From Eledone cirrhosa (taxonomy: Eukaryota), in the NCBI GenBank assembly GCA_964016885.1, contig OZ024758.1, positions 33,976,001-34,040,000 of the forward strand: 64,000 bases of DNA, given 5' to 3'. Numbering within the stretch: position 1 is the stretch's first letter; each line of letters opens with the position of its first letter. Under the pieces are notes generated by a model. It saw nothing but the letters and a program-made list of their open reading frames with translations. It made no database searches and was not told the DNA's origin. Positions 40,001 through 53,600 of this stretch are shown here, piece by piece. The translations under genes and the position numbers were made by a program.

Positions 40001-43000
40001 GGTACTAGCTGTCAGAAGTAACTCCACTGTTGGTGAGAATTCATTTAAGTTCATGGTATTAGCTGTCAGAAGTAACGCCACTGTTGGTGAGAATTCATTT
40101 AAGTTCATGGTATTAGCTGTCAGAAGTAACTCCAATGTTGGTGAGAATTCATTTAAGTCATGGTACTAGCTGTCAGAAGTAACTCCACTGTTGGTTAGAA
40201 TTCATTTAAGTTCATGGTATTAGCTGTCAGAAGGAACTCCACTGTTGGTGAGAATTCATTTAAGTTCATGGTATTAGCTGTCAGAAGTAACTCCACTGTT
40301 GGTGAGAATTCATTTAAGTTCATGGTACTAGTTGTCAGAAGTAACTCCACTGTTGGTAAGAATTCATTTTAGTTCATGGTATTAGTTGTCAGAAGTAACT
40401 CCACTGTTGGTGAGAATTCATTTAAGTCATGGTATTAGTTGTCAGAAGTAACTCCAATGTTGGTGAGAATTCATTTAAGTTCATGGTACTAGCTGTCAGA
40501 AGTAACTCCACTGTTGGTGAGAATTCATTTAAGTTCATGGTATTAGCTGTCAGAAGTAACTCCACTGTTGGTGAGAATTCATTTAAGTTCATGGTATTAG
40601 CTGTCAGAAGTAACTCCACTGTTGGTGAGAATTCATTTAAGTTCATGGTACTAGCTGTCAGAAGTAACTCCACTGTTGGTGAGAATTCATTTAAGTTCAT
40701 GGTATTAGTTTGTCAGAAGTAACTCCACTGTTGGTGAGAATTCATTTAAGTCATGGTATTAGCTGTCAGAAGTAACTCCACTGTTGGTGAGAATTCATTT
40801 AAGTTCATGGTATTAGCTGTCAGAAGTAACTCCACTGTTGGTGAGAATTCATTTCAGTCATGGTATTAGCTGTCAGAAGTAACTCCATTGTTGGTGAGAA
40901 TTCATTTAAGTCATGGTACTAGCTGTCAGAAGTAACTCCCCTGTTGGTGAGAATTCATTTTAGTTCATGGTATTAGTTGTCAGAAGTAACTCCACTGTTG
41001 GTGAGAATTCATTTAAGTCATGGTATTAGTTGTCAGAAGTAACTCCAATGTTGGTGAGAATTCATTTAAGTTCATGGTACTAGCTGTCAGAAGTAACTCC
41101 ACTGTTGGTGAGAATTCATTTAAGTTCATGGTATTAGCTGTCAGAAGTAACTCCACTGTTGGTGAGAATTCATTTAAGTCATGGTATTAGCTGTCAGAAG
41201 TAACTCCATTGTTGGTGAGCATTCATTTAAGTCATGGTACTAGCTGTCAGAAGTAACTCCACTGTTGGTGAGAATTCATTTAAGTTCATGGTATTAGCTG
41301 TCAGAAGGAACGCCACTGTTGGTGAGAATTCATTTAAGTTCATGGTATTAGCTGTCAGAAGTAACTCCACTGTTGGTGAGAATTCATTTAAGTTCATGGT
41401 ACTAGCTGTCAGAAGTAACTCCACTGTTGGTGAGAATTCATTTAAGTTCATGGTATTAGCTGTCAGAAGTAACTCCACTGTTGGTGAGAATTCATTTAAG
41501 TTCATGGTACTAGCTGTCAGAAGTAACTCCACTGTTGGTGAGAATTCATTTAAGTTCATGGTACTAGCTGTCAGAAGTAACTCCACTGTTGGTGAGAATT
41601 CATTTAAGTTCATGGTACTAGCTGTCAGAAGTAACTCCAATGTTGGTGAGAATTCATTTAAGTTCATGGTATTAGCTGTCAGAAGTAACTCCATTGTTGG
41701 TGAGAATTCATTTAAGTTCATGGTACTAGCTGTCAGAAGTAACTCCACTGTTGGTGAGAATTCATTTAAGTTCATGGTATTAGCTGTCAGAAGTCACTCC
41801 AATGTAGGTGAGAATTCATTTAAGTTCATGGTATTAGCTGTCAGAAGTCACTCCACTGTTGGTGAGAATTCATTTAAGTTCATGGTATTAGCTGTCAGAA
41901 GTAACTCCACTGTTGGTGAGAATTCATTAAGTTCATGGTACTAGTTGTCAGAAGTAACTCCACTGTTGGTAAGAATTCATTTTAGTTCATGGTATTAGTT
42001 GTCAGAAGTAACTCCACTGTTGGTGAGAATTCATTTAAGTCATGGTATTAGTTGTCAGAAGTAACTCCAATGTTGGTGAGAATTCATTTAAGTTCATGGT
42101 ACTAGCTGTCAGAAGTAACTCCACTGTTGGTGAGAATTCATTTAAGTTCATGGTATTAGCTGTCAGAAGTAACTCCACTGTTGGTGAGAATTCATTTAAG
42201 TCATGGTATTAGCTGTCAGAAGTAACTCCATTGTTGGTGAGAATTCATTTAAGTCATGGTACTAGCTGTCAGAAGTAACTCCACTGTTGGTGAGAATTCA
42301 TTTAAGTTCATGGTATTAGCTGTCAGAAGGAACGCCACTGTTGGTGAGAATTCATTTAAGTTCATGGTATTAGCTGTCAGAAGTAACTCCACTGTTGGTG
42401 AGAATTCATTTAAGTTCATGGTACTAGCTGTCAGAAGTAACTCCACTGTTGGTGAGAATTCATTTAAGTTCATGGTATTAGCTGTCAGAAGTAACTCCAC
42501 TGTTGGTGAGAATTCATTTAAGTTCATGGTACTAGCTGTCAGAAGTAACTCCACTGTTGGTGAGAATTCATTTAAGTTCATGGTACTAGCTGTCAGAAGT
42601 AACTCCACTGTTGGTGAGAATTCATTTAAGTTCATGGTACTAGCTGTCAGAAGTAACTCCAATGTTGGTGAGAATTCATTTAAGTTCATGGTATTAGCTG
42701 TCAGAAGTAACTCCACTGTTGGTGAGAATTCATTTAAGTTCATGGTACTAGCTGTCAGAAGTAACTCCACTGTTGGTGAGAATTCATTTAAGTTCATGGT
42801 ATTAGCTGTCAGAAGTAACGCCACTGTTGGTGAGAATTCATTTAAGTTCATGGTATTAGCTGTCAGAAGTAACTCCAATGTTGGTGAGAATTCATTTAAG
42901 TCATGGTACTAGCTGTCAGAAGTAACTCCACTGTTGGTTAGAATTCATTTAAGTTCATGGTATTAGCTGTCAGAAGGAACTCCACTGTTGGTGAGAATTC

Positions 43001-44490
43001 ATTTAAGTTCATGGTATTAGCTGTCAGAAGTAACTCCACTGTTGGTGAGAATTCATTTAAGTTCATGGTACTAGTTGTCAGAAGTAACTCCACTGTTGGT
43101 AAGAATTCATTTTAGTTCATGGTATTAGTTGTCAGAAGTAACTCCACTGTTGGTGAGAATTCATTTAAGTCATGGTATTAGTTGTCAGAAGTAACTCCAA
43201 TGTTGGTGAGAATTCATTTAAGTTCATGGTACTAGCTGTCAGAAGTAACTCCACTGTTGGTGAGAATTCATTTAAGTTCATGGTATTAGCTGTCAGAAGT
43301 AACTCCACTGTTGGTGAGAATTCATTTAAGTTCATGGTATTAGCTGTCAGAAGTAACTCCACTGTTGGTGAGAATTCATTTAAGTTCATGGTACTAGCTG
43401 TCAGAAGTAACTCCACTGTTGGTGAGAATTCATTTAAGTTCATGGTATTAGTTTGTCAGAAGTAACTCCACTGTTGGTGAGAATTCATTTAAGTCATGGT
43501 ATTAGCTGTCAGAAGTAACTCCACTGTTGGTGAGAATTCATTTAAGTTCATGGTATTAGCTGTCAGAAGTAACTCCACTGTTGGTGAGAATTCACTTCAG
43601 TCATGGTATTAGCTGTCAGAAGTAACTCCATTGTTGGTGAGAATTCATTTAAGTCATGGTACTAGCTGTCAGAAGTAACTCCCCTGTTGGTGAGAATTCA
43701 TTTTAGTTCATGGTATTAGTTGTCAGAAGTAACTCCACTGTTGGTGAGAATTCATTTAAGTCATGGTATTAGTTGTCAGAAGTAACTCCAATGTTGGTGA
43801 GAATTCATTTAAGTTCATGGTACTAGCTGTCAGAAGTAACTCCACTGTTGGTGAGAATTCATTTAAGTTCATGGTATTAGCTGTCAGAAGTAACTCCACT
43901 GTTGGTGAGAATTCATTTAAGTCATGGTATTAGCTGTCAGAAGTAACTCCATTGTTGGTGAGCATTCATTTAAGTCATGGTACTAGCTGTCAGAAGTAAC
44001 TCCACTGTTGGTGAGAATTCATTTAAGTTCATGGTATTAGCTGTCAGAAGGAACGCCACTGTTGGTGAGAATTCATTTAAGTTCATGGTATTAGCTGTCA
44101 GAAGTAACTCCACTGTTGGTGAGAATTCATTTAAGTTCATGGTACTAGCTGTCAGAAGTAACTCCACTGTTGGTGAGAATTCATTTAAGTTCATGGTATT
44201 AGCTGTCAGAAGTAACTCCACTGTTGGTGAGAATTCATTTAAGTTCATGGTACTAGCTGTCAGAAGTAACTCCACTGTTGGTGAGAATTCATTTAAGTTC
44301 ATGGTACTAGCTGTCAGAAGTAACTCCACTGTTGGTGAGAATTCATTTAAGTTCATGGTACTAGCTGTCAGAAGTAACTCCAATGTTGGTGAGAATTCAT
44401 TTAAGTTCATGGTATTAGCTGTCAGAAGTAACTCCATTGTTGGTGAGAATTCATTTAAGTTCATGGTACTAGCTGTCAGAAGTAACTCCA
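36250..44490. repeat. 2743-bp (51-monomer) higher-order unit, ~3 tandem copies, followed by a partial copy shortened by 1022 bp
   Basis: ORFs 36770/39513/42256, 37686/40429/43172 and 38491/41234/43977 are each 2743 apart. EcoRI-destroying GAGCATTC at ~38474, 41217 and 43960. Confidence 0.94.
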
Positions 44491-44699
44491 CTGTTGGTGA
44501 GAATTCATTTAAGTTCATGGTATTAGCTGTCAGAAGTAACGCCACTGTTGGTGAGAATTCATTTAAGTTCATGGTATTAGCTGTCAGAAGTAACTCCAAT
44601 GTTGGTGAGAATTCATTTAAGTCATGGTACTAGCTGTCAGAAGTAACTCCACTGTTGGTTAGAATTCATTTAAGTTCATGGTATTAGCTGTCAGAAGGA

Positions 44700-47600
44700 A
44701 TTCCACTGTTGGTGAGAATTCATTTAAGTTCATGGTATTAGCTGTCAGAAGTAACTCCACTGTTGGTGAGAATTCATTTAAGTTCATGGTACTAGTTGTC
44801 AGAAGTAACTCCACTGTTGGTAAGAATTCATTTTAGTTCATGGTATTAGTTGTCAGAAGTAACTCCACTGTTGGTGAGAATTCATTTAAGTCATGGTATT
44901 AGTTGTCAGAAGTAACTCCAATGTTGGTGAGAATTCATTTAAGTTCATGGTACTAGCTGTCAGAAGTAACTCCACTGTTGGTGAGAATTCATTTAAGTTC
45001 ATGGTATTAGCTGTCAGAAGTAACTCCACTGTTGGTGAGAATTCATTTAAGTTCATGGTATTAGCTGTCAGAAGTAACTCCACTGTTGGTGAGAATTCAT
45101 TTAAGTTCATGGTACTAGCTGTCAGAAGTAACTCCACTGTTGGTGAGAATTCATTTAAGTTCATGGTATTAGTTTGTCAGAAGTAACTCCACTGTTGGTG
45201 AGAATTCATTTAAGTCATGGTATTAGCTGTCAGAAGTAACTCCACTGTTGGTGAGAATTCATTTAAGTTCATGGTATTAGCTGTCAGAAGTAACTCCACT
45301 GTTGGTGAGAATTCATTTCAGTCATGGTATTAGCTGTCAGAAGTAACTCCATTGTTGGTGAGAATTCATTTAAGTCATGGTACTAGCTGTCAGAAGTAAC
45401 TCCCCTGTTGGTGAGAATTCATTTAAGTTCATGGTACTAGCTGTCAGAAGTAACTCCACTGTTGGTGAGAATTCATTTAAGTTCATGGTACTAGCTGTCA
45501 GAAGTAACTCCACTGTTGGTGAGAATTCATTTAAGTTCATGGTACTAGCTGTCAGAAGTAACTCCACTGTTGGTGAGAATTCATTTAAGTTCATGGTATT
45601 AGTTTGTCAGAAGTAACTCCACTGTTGGTGAGAATTCATTTAAGTCATGGTATTAGTTGTCAGAAGTAACTCCAATGTTGGTGAGAATTCATTTAAGTCA
45701 TGGTACTAGCTGTCAGAAGTAACTCCACTGTTGGTGAGAATTAATTTAATTCATGGTATTAGCTGTCAGAAGTCACTCCAATGTTGGTGAGAATTCATTT
45801 AAGTTCATGGTACTGGCTGTCAGAAGTAACTCCACTGTTGGTGAGAATTCATTTAAGTTCATGGTACTAGCTGTCAGAAGTAACACCACTGTTGGTGAGA
45901 ATTCATTTAAGTTCATGGTATTAGCTGTCAGAAGTAACTCCACTGTTGGTGAGAATTCATTTAAGTTCATGGTACTAGTTGTCAGAAGTAACTCCACTGT
46001 TGGTAAGAATTCATTTTAGTTCATGGTATTAGTTGTCAGAAGTAACTCCACTGTTGGTGAGAATTCATTTAAGTCATGGTATTAGTTGTCAGAAGTAACT
46101 CCAATGTTGGTGAGAATTCATTTAAGTTCATGGTACTAGCTGTCAGAAGTAACTCCACTGTTGGTGAGAATTCATTTAAGTTCATGGTATTAGCTGTCAG
46201 AAGTAACTCCACTGTTGGTGAGAATTCATTTAAGTTCATGGTACTAGCTGTCAGAAGTAACTCCAATGTTGGTGAGAATTCATTTAAGTTCATGGTATTA
46301 GCTGTCAGAAGTAACTCCACTGTTGGTGAGAATTCATTTAAGTTCATGGTACTAGCTGTCAGAAGTAACTCCACTGTTGGTGAGAATTCATTTAAGTTCA
46401 TGGTATTAGCTGTCAGAAGTCACTCCAATGTTGGTGAGAATTCATTTAAGTTCATGGTATTAGCTGTCAGAAGTCACTCCACTGTTGGTGAGAATTCATT
46501 TAAGTTCATGGTACTAGTTGTCAGAAGTAACTCCACTGTTGGTAAGAATTCATTTTAGTTCATGGTATTAGTTGTCAGAAGTAACTCCACTGTTGGTGAG
46601 AATTCATTTAAGTCATGGTATTAGTTGTCAGAAGTAACTCCAATGTTGGTGAGAATTCATTTAAGTTCATGGTACTAGCTGTCAGAAGTAACTCCACTGT
46701 TGGTGAGAATTCATTTAAGTTCATGGTATTAGCTGTCAGAAGTAACTCCACTGTTGGTGAGAATTCATTTAAGTCATGGTATTAGCTGTCAGAAGTAACT
46801 CCATTGTTGGTGAGAATTCATTTAAGTCATGGTACTAGCTGTCAGAAGTAACTCCACTGTTGGTGAGAATTCATTTAAGTTCATGGTACTAGCTGTCAGA
46901 AGTAACTCCACTGTTGGTGAGAATTCATTTAAGTTCATGGTACTAGCTGTCAGAAGTAACTCCACTGTTGGTGAGAATTCATTTAAGTTCATGGTACTAG
47001 CTGTCAGAAGTAACTCCAATGTTGGTGAGAATTCATTTAAGTTCATGGTATTAGCTGTCAGAAGTAACTCCACTGTTGGTGAGAATTCATTTAAGTTCAT
47101 GGTACTAGCTGTCAGAAGTAACTCCACTGTTGGTGAGAATTCATTTAAGTTCATGGTATTAGCTGTCAGAAGTCACTCCAATGTTGGTGAGAATTCATTT
47201 AAGTTCATGGTATTAGGTGTCAGAAGTCACTCCACTGTTGGTGAGAATTCATTTAAGTTCATGGTATTAGCTGTCAGAAGTAACTCCACTGTTGGTGAGA
47301 ATTCATTTAAGTTCATGGTACTAGTTGTCAGAAGTAACTCCACTGTTGGTAAGAATTCATTTTAGTTCATGGTATTAGTTGTCAGAAGTAACTCCACTGT
47401 TGGTGAGAATTCATTTAAGTCATGGTATTAGTTGTCAGAAGTAACTCCAATGTTGGTGAGAATTCATTTAAGTTCATGGTACTAGCTGTCAGAAGTAACT
47501 CCACTGTTGGTGAGAATTCATTTAAGTTCATGGTATTAGCTGTCAGAAGTAACTCCACTGTTGGTGAGAATTCATTTAAGTTCATGGTACTAGCTGTCAG

Positions 47601-50600
47601 AAGTAACTCCAATGTTGGTGAGAATTCATTTAAGTTCATGGTATTAGCTGTCAGAAGTAACTCCACTGTTGGTGAGAATTCATTTAAGTTCATGGTACTA
47701 GCTGTCAGAAGTAACTCCACTGTTGGTGAGAATTCATTTAAGTTCATGGTATTAGCTGTCAGAAGTCACTCCAATGTTGGTGAGAATTCATTTAAGTTCA
47801 TGGTATTAGCTGTCAGAAGTCACTCCACTGTTGGTGAGAATTCATTTAAGTTCATGGTATTAGCTGTCAGAAGTAACTCCACTGTTGGTGAGAATTCATT
47901 AAGTTCATGGTACTAGTTGTCAGAAGTAACTCCACTGTTGGTGAGAATTCATTTAAGTTCATGGTATTAGCTGTCAGAAGTAACTCCACTGTTGGTGAGA
48001 ATTCATTTAAGTCATGGTATTAGCTGTCAGAAGTAACTCCATTGTTGGTGAGAATTCATTTAAGTCATGGTACTAGCTGTCAGAAGTAACTCCACTGTTG
48101 GTGAGAATTCATTTAAGTTCATGGTATTAGCTGTCAGAAGGAACGCCACTGTTGGTGAGAATTCATTTAAGTTCATGGTATTAGCTGTCAGAAGTAACTC
48201 CACTGTTGGTGAGAATTCATTTAAGTTCATGGTACTAGCTGTCAGAAGTAACTCCACTGTTGGTGAGAATTCATTTAAGTTCATGGTATTAGCTGTCAGA
48301 AGTAACTCCACTGTTGGTGAGAATTCATTTAAGTTCATGGTACTAGCTGTCAGAAGTAACTCCATTGTTGGTGAGAATTCATTTAAGTCATGGTACTAGC
48401 TGTCAGAAGTAACTCCCCTGTTGGTGAGAATTCATTTAAGTTCATGGTACTAGCTGTCAGAAGTAACTCCACTGTTGGTGAGAATTCATTTAAGTTCATG
48501 GTACTAGCTGTCAGAAGTAACTCCACTGTTGGTGAGAATTCATTTAAGTTCATGGTACTAGCTGTCAGAAGTAACTCCACTGTTGGTGAGAATTCATTTA
48601 AGTTCATGGTATTAGTTTGTCAGAAGTAACTCCACTGTTGGTGAGAATTCATTTAAGTCATGGTATTAGTTGTCAGAAGTAACTCCAATGTTGGTGAGAA
48701 TTCATTTAAGTCATGGTACTAGCTGTCAGAAGTAACTCCACTGTTGGTGAGAATTCATTTAAGTTCATGGTATTAGCTGTCAGAAGGAACGCCACTGTTG
48801 GTGAGAATTCATTTAAGTTCATGGTATTAGCTGTCAGAAGTAACTCCACTGTTGGTGAGAATTCATTTAAGTTAATGGTACTAGCTGTTAGAAGTAACTC
48901 CAATGTTGGTGAGAATTCATTTAAGTTCATGGTATTAGCTGTCAGAAGTAACTCCACTGTTGGTGAGAATTCATTTAAGTCATGGTACTAGCTGTCAGAA
49001 GTAACTCCACTGTTGGTTAGAATTCATTTAAGTTCATGGTATTAGCTGTCAGAAGGAACTCCACTGTTGGTGAGAATTCATTTAAGTTCATGGTATTAGC
49101 TGTCAGAAGTAACTCCACTGTTGGTGAGAATTCATTTAAGTTCATGGTACTAGTTGTCAGAAGTAACTCCACTGTTGGTAAGAATTCATTTTAGTTCATG
49201 GTATTAGTTGTCAGAAGTAACTCCACTGTTGGTGAGAATTCATTTAAGTCATGGTATTAGTTGTCAGAAGTAACTCCAATGTTGGTGAGAATTCATTTAA
49301 GTTCATGGTACTAGCTGTCAGAAGTAACTCCACTGTTGGTGAGAATTCATTTAAGTTCATGGTACTAGCTGTCAGAAGTAACTCCACTGTTGGTGAGAAT
49401 TCATTTAAGTTCATGGTACTAGCTGTCAGAAGTAACTCCACTGTTGGTGAGAATTCATTTAAGTCATGGTATTAGTTGTCAGAAGTAACTCCAATGTTGG
49501 TGAGAATTCATTTAAGTTCATGGTACTAGCTGTCAGAAGTAACTCCACTGTTGGTGAGAATTCATTTAAGTTCATGGTATTAGCTGTCAGAAGTAACTCC
49601 ACTGTTGGTGAGAATTCATTTAAGTCATGGTATTAGCTGTCAGAAGCAACTCCATTGTTGGTGAGAATTCATTTAAGTCATGGTACTAGCTGTCAGAAGT
49701 AACTCCACTGTTGGTGAGAATTCATTTAAGTTCATGGTACTAGCTGTCAGAAGTAACTCCACTGTTGGTGAGAATTCATTTAAGTTCATGGTACTAGCTG
49801 TCAGAAGTAACTCCACTGTTGGTGAGAATTCATTTAAGTTCATGGTACTAGCTGTCAGAAGTAACTCCACTGTTGGTGAGAATTCATTTAAGTTCATGGT
49901 ACTAGCTGTCAGAAGTAACTCCACTGTTGGTGAGAATTCATTTAGGTTCATGGTACTAGCTGTCAGAAGTAACTCCACTGTTGGTGAGAATTCATTTAAG
50001 TTCATGGTATTAGCTGTCAGAAGTCACTCCACTGTTGGTGAGAATTCATTTAAGTTCATGGTACTAGCTGTCAGAAGTAACCCCAATGTTGGAGAGAATT
50101 CATTTAAGTTCATGGTATTAGCTGTCAGAAGTCACTCCAATGTTGGTGAGAATTCATTTAAGTTCATGGTATTAGCTGTCAGAAGTAACTCCACTGTTGG
50201 TGAGAATTCATTTAAGTTCATGGTATTAGCTGTCAGAAGTAACTCCACTGTTGGTGAGAATTCATTTAAGTTCATGGTATTAGCTGTCAGAAGTAACTCC
50301 ACTGTTGGTGAGAATTCATTTAAGTTCATGGTATTAGCTGTCAGAAGGAACTCCAATGTTGGTGAGAATTCATTTAAGTCATGGTACTAGCTGTCAGAAG
50401 TAACTCCACTGTTGGTGAGAATTCATTTAAGTTCATGGTATTAGCTGTCAGAAGTAACTCCACTGTTGGTGAGAATTCATTTAAGTTCATGGTACTAGCT
50501 GTCAGAAGTAACTCCAATGTTGGTGAGAATTCATTTAAGTTCATGGTACTAGCTGTCAGAAGTAACTCCACTGTTGGTGAGAATTCATTTAAGTTCATGG

Positions 50601-53600
50601 TATTAGCTGTCAGAAGTAACTCCACTGTTGGTGAGAATTCATTTAAGTTCATGGTATTAGCTGTCAGAAGTAACTCCACTGTTGGTGAGAATTCATTTAA
50701 GTTCATGGTACTAGCTGTCAGAAGTAACTCCACTGTTGGTGAGAATTCATTTAAGTTCATGGTATTAGTTTGTCAGAAGTAACTCCACTGTTGGTGAGAA
50801 TTCATTTAAGTCATGGTATTAGCTGTCAGAAGTAACTCCACTGTTGGTGAGAATACATTTAAGTTCATGGTATTAGCTGTCAGAAGTAACTCCACTGTTG
50901 GTGAGAATTCATTTAAGTCATGGTATTAGCTGTCAGAAGTAACTCCATTGTTGGTGAGAATTCATTTAAGTCATGGTACTAGCTGTCAGAAGTAACTCCC
51001 CTGTTGGTGAGAATTCATTTAAGTTCATGGTACTAGCTGTCAGAAGTAACTCCACTGTTGGTGAGAATTCATTTAAGTTCATGGTACTAGCTGTCAGAAG
51101 TAACTCCACTGTTGGTGAGAATTCATTTAAGTTCATGGTACTAGCTGTCAGAGGTAATGCCACTGTTGGTGAGAATTCATTTAAGTTCATGGTATTAGTT
51201 TGTCAGAAGTAACTCCACTGTTGGTGAGAATTCATTTAAGTCATGGTATTAGTTGTCAGAAGTAACTCCAATGTTGGTGAGAATTCATTTAAGTCATGGT
51301 ACTAGCTGTCAGAAGTAACTCCACTGTTGGTGAGAATTCATTTAAGTTCATGGTATTAGCTGTCAGAAGGAACGCCACTGTTGGTGAGAATTCATTTAAG
51401 TTCATGGTATTAGCTGTCAGAAGTAACTCCACTGTTGGTGAGAATTCATTTAAGTTCATGGTACTAGCTGTTAGAAGTAACTCCAATGTTGGTGAGAATT
51501 CATTTAAGTTCATGGTATTAGCTGTCAGAAGTAACTCCACTGTTGGTGAGAATTCATTTAAGTTCATGGTACTAGCTGTCAGAAGTAACTCCACTGTTGG
51601 TGAGAATTCATTTAAGTTCATGGTACTAGCTGTCAGAAGTAACTCCACTGTTGGTGAGAATTCATTTAAGTTCATGGTACTAGCTGTCAGAAGTAACTCC
51701 AATGTTGGTGAGAATTCATTTAAGTTCATGGTATTAGCTGTCAGAAGTAACTCCACTGTTGGTGAGAATTCATTTAAGTTCATGGTACTAGCTGTCAGAA
51801 GTAACTCCACTGTTGGTGAGAATTCATTTAAGTTCATGGTATTAGCTGTCAGAAGTCACTCCAATGTTGGTGAGAATTCATTTAAGTTCATGGTATTAGC
51901 TGTCAGAAGTCACTCCACTGTTGGTGAGAATTCATTTAAGTTCATGGTATTAGCTGTCAGAAGTAACTCCACTGTTGGTGAGAATTCATTAAGTTCATGG
52001 TACTAGTTGTCAGAAGTAACTCCACTGTTGGTAAGAATTCATTTTAGTTCATGGTATTAGTTGTCAGAAGTAACTCCACTGTTGGTGAGAATTCATTTAA
52101 GTCATGGTATTAGTTGTCAGAAGTAACTCCAATGTTGGTGAGAATTCATTTAAGTTCATGGTATTAGCTGTCAGAAGGAACGCCACTGTTGGTGAGAATT
52201 CATTTAAGTTCATGGTATTAGCTGTCAGAAGGAACTCCACTGTTGGTGAGAATTCATTTAAGTTCATGGTATTAGCTGTCAGAAGTAACTCCACTGTTGG
52301 TGAGAATTCATTTAAGTTCATGGTACTAGTTGTCAGAAGTAACTCCACTGTTGGTAAGAATTCATTTTAGTTCATGGTATTAGTTGTCAGAAGTAACTCC
52401 ACTGTTGGTGAGAATTCATTTAAGTCATGGTATTAGTTGTCAGAAGTAACTCCAATGTTGGTGAGAATTCATTTAAGTTCATGGTACTAGCTGTCAGAAG
52501 TAACTCCACTGTTGGTGAGAATTCATTTAAGTTCATGGTATTAGCTGTCAGAAGTAACTCCACTGTTGGTGAGAATTCATTTAAGTTCATGGTATTAGCT
52601 GTCAGAAGTAACTCCACTGTTGGTGAGAATTCATTTAAGTTCATGGTACTAGCTGTCAGAAGTAACTCCACTGTTGGTGAGAATTCATTTAAGTTCATGG
52701 TATTAGTTTGTCAGAAGTAACTCCACTGTTGGTGAGAATTCATTTAAGTCATGGTATTAGCTGTCAGAAGTAACTCCACTGTTGGTGAGAATTCATTTAA
52801 GTTCATGGTATTAGCTGTCAGAAGTAACTCCACTGTTGGTGAGAATTCATTTCAGTCATGGTATTAGCTGTCAGAAGTAACTCCATTGTTGGTGAGAATT
52901 CATTTAAGTCATGGTACTAGCTGTCAGAAGTAACTCCCCTGTTGGTGAGAATTCATTTAAGTTCATGGTACTAGCTGTCAGAAGTAACTCCACTGTTGGT
53001 GAGAATTCATTTAAGTTCATGGTACTAGCTGTCAGAAGTAACTCCACTGTTGGTGAGAATTCATTTAAGTTCATGGTACTAGCTGTCAGAAGTAACTCCA
53101 CTGTTGGTGAGAATTCATTTAAGTTCATGGTATTAGTTTGTCAGAAGTAACTCCACTGTTGGTGAGAATTCATTTAAGTCATGGTATTAGTTGTCAGAAG
53201 TAACTCCACTGTTGGTGAGAATTCATTTAAGTCATGGTACTAGCTGTCAGAAGTAACTCCACTGTTGGTGAGAATTCATTTAAGTTCATGGTATTAGCTG
53301 TCAGAAGTCACTCCAATGTTGGTGAGAATTCATTTAAGTTCATGGTACTAGCTGTCAGAAGTAACTCCACTGTTGGTGAGAATTCATTTAAGTTCATGGT
53401 ACTAGCTGTCAGAAGTAACTCCACTGTTGGTGAGAATTCATTTAAGTTCATGGTATTAGCTGTCAGAAGTAACTCCACTGTTGGTGAGAATTCATTTAAG
53501 TTCATGGTACTAGTTGTCAGAAGTAACTCCACTGTTGGTAAGAATTCATTTTAGTTCATGGTATTAGTTGTCAGAAGTAACTCCACTGTTGGTGAGAATT

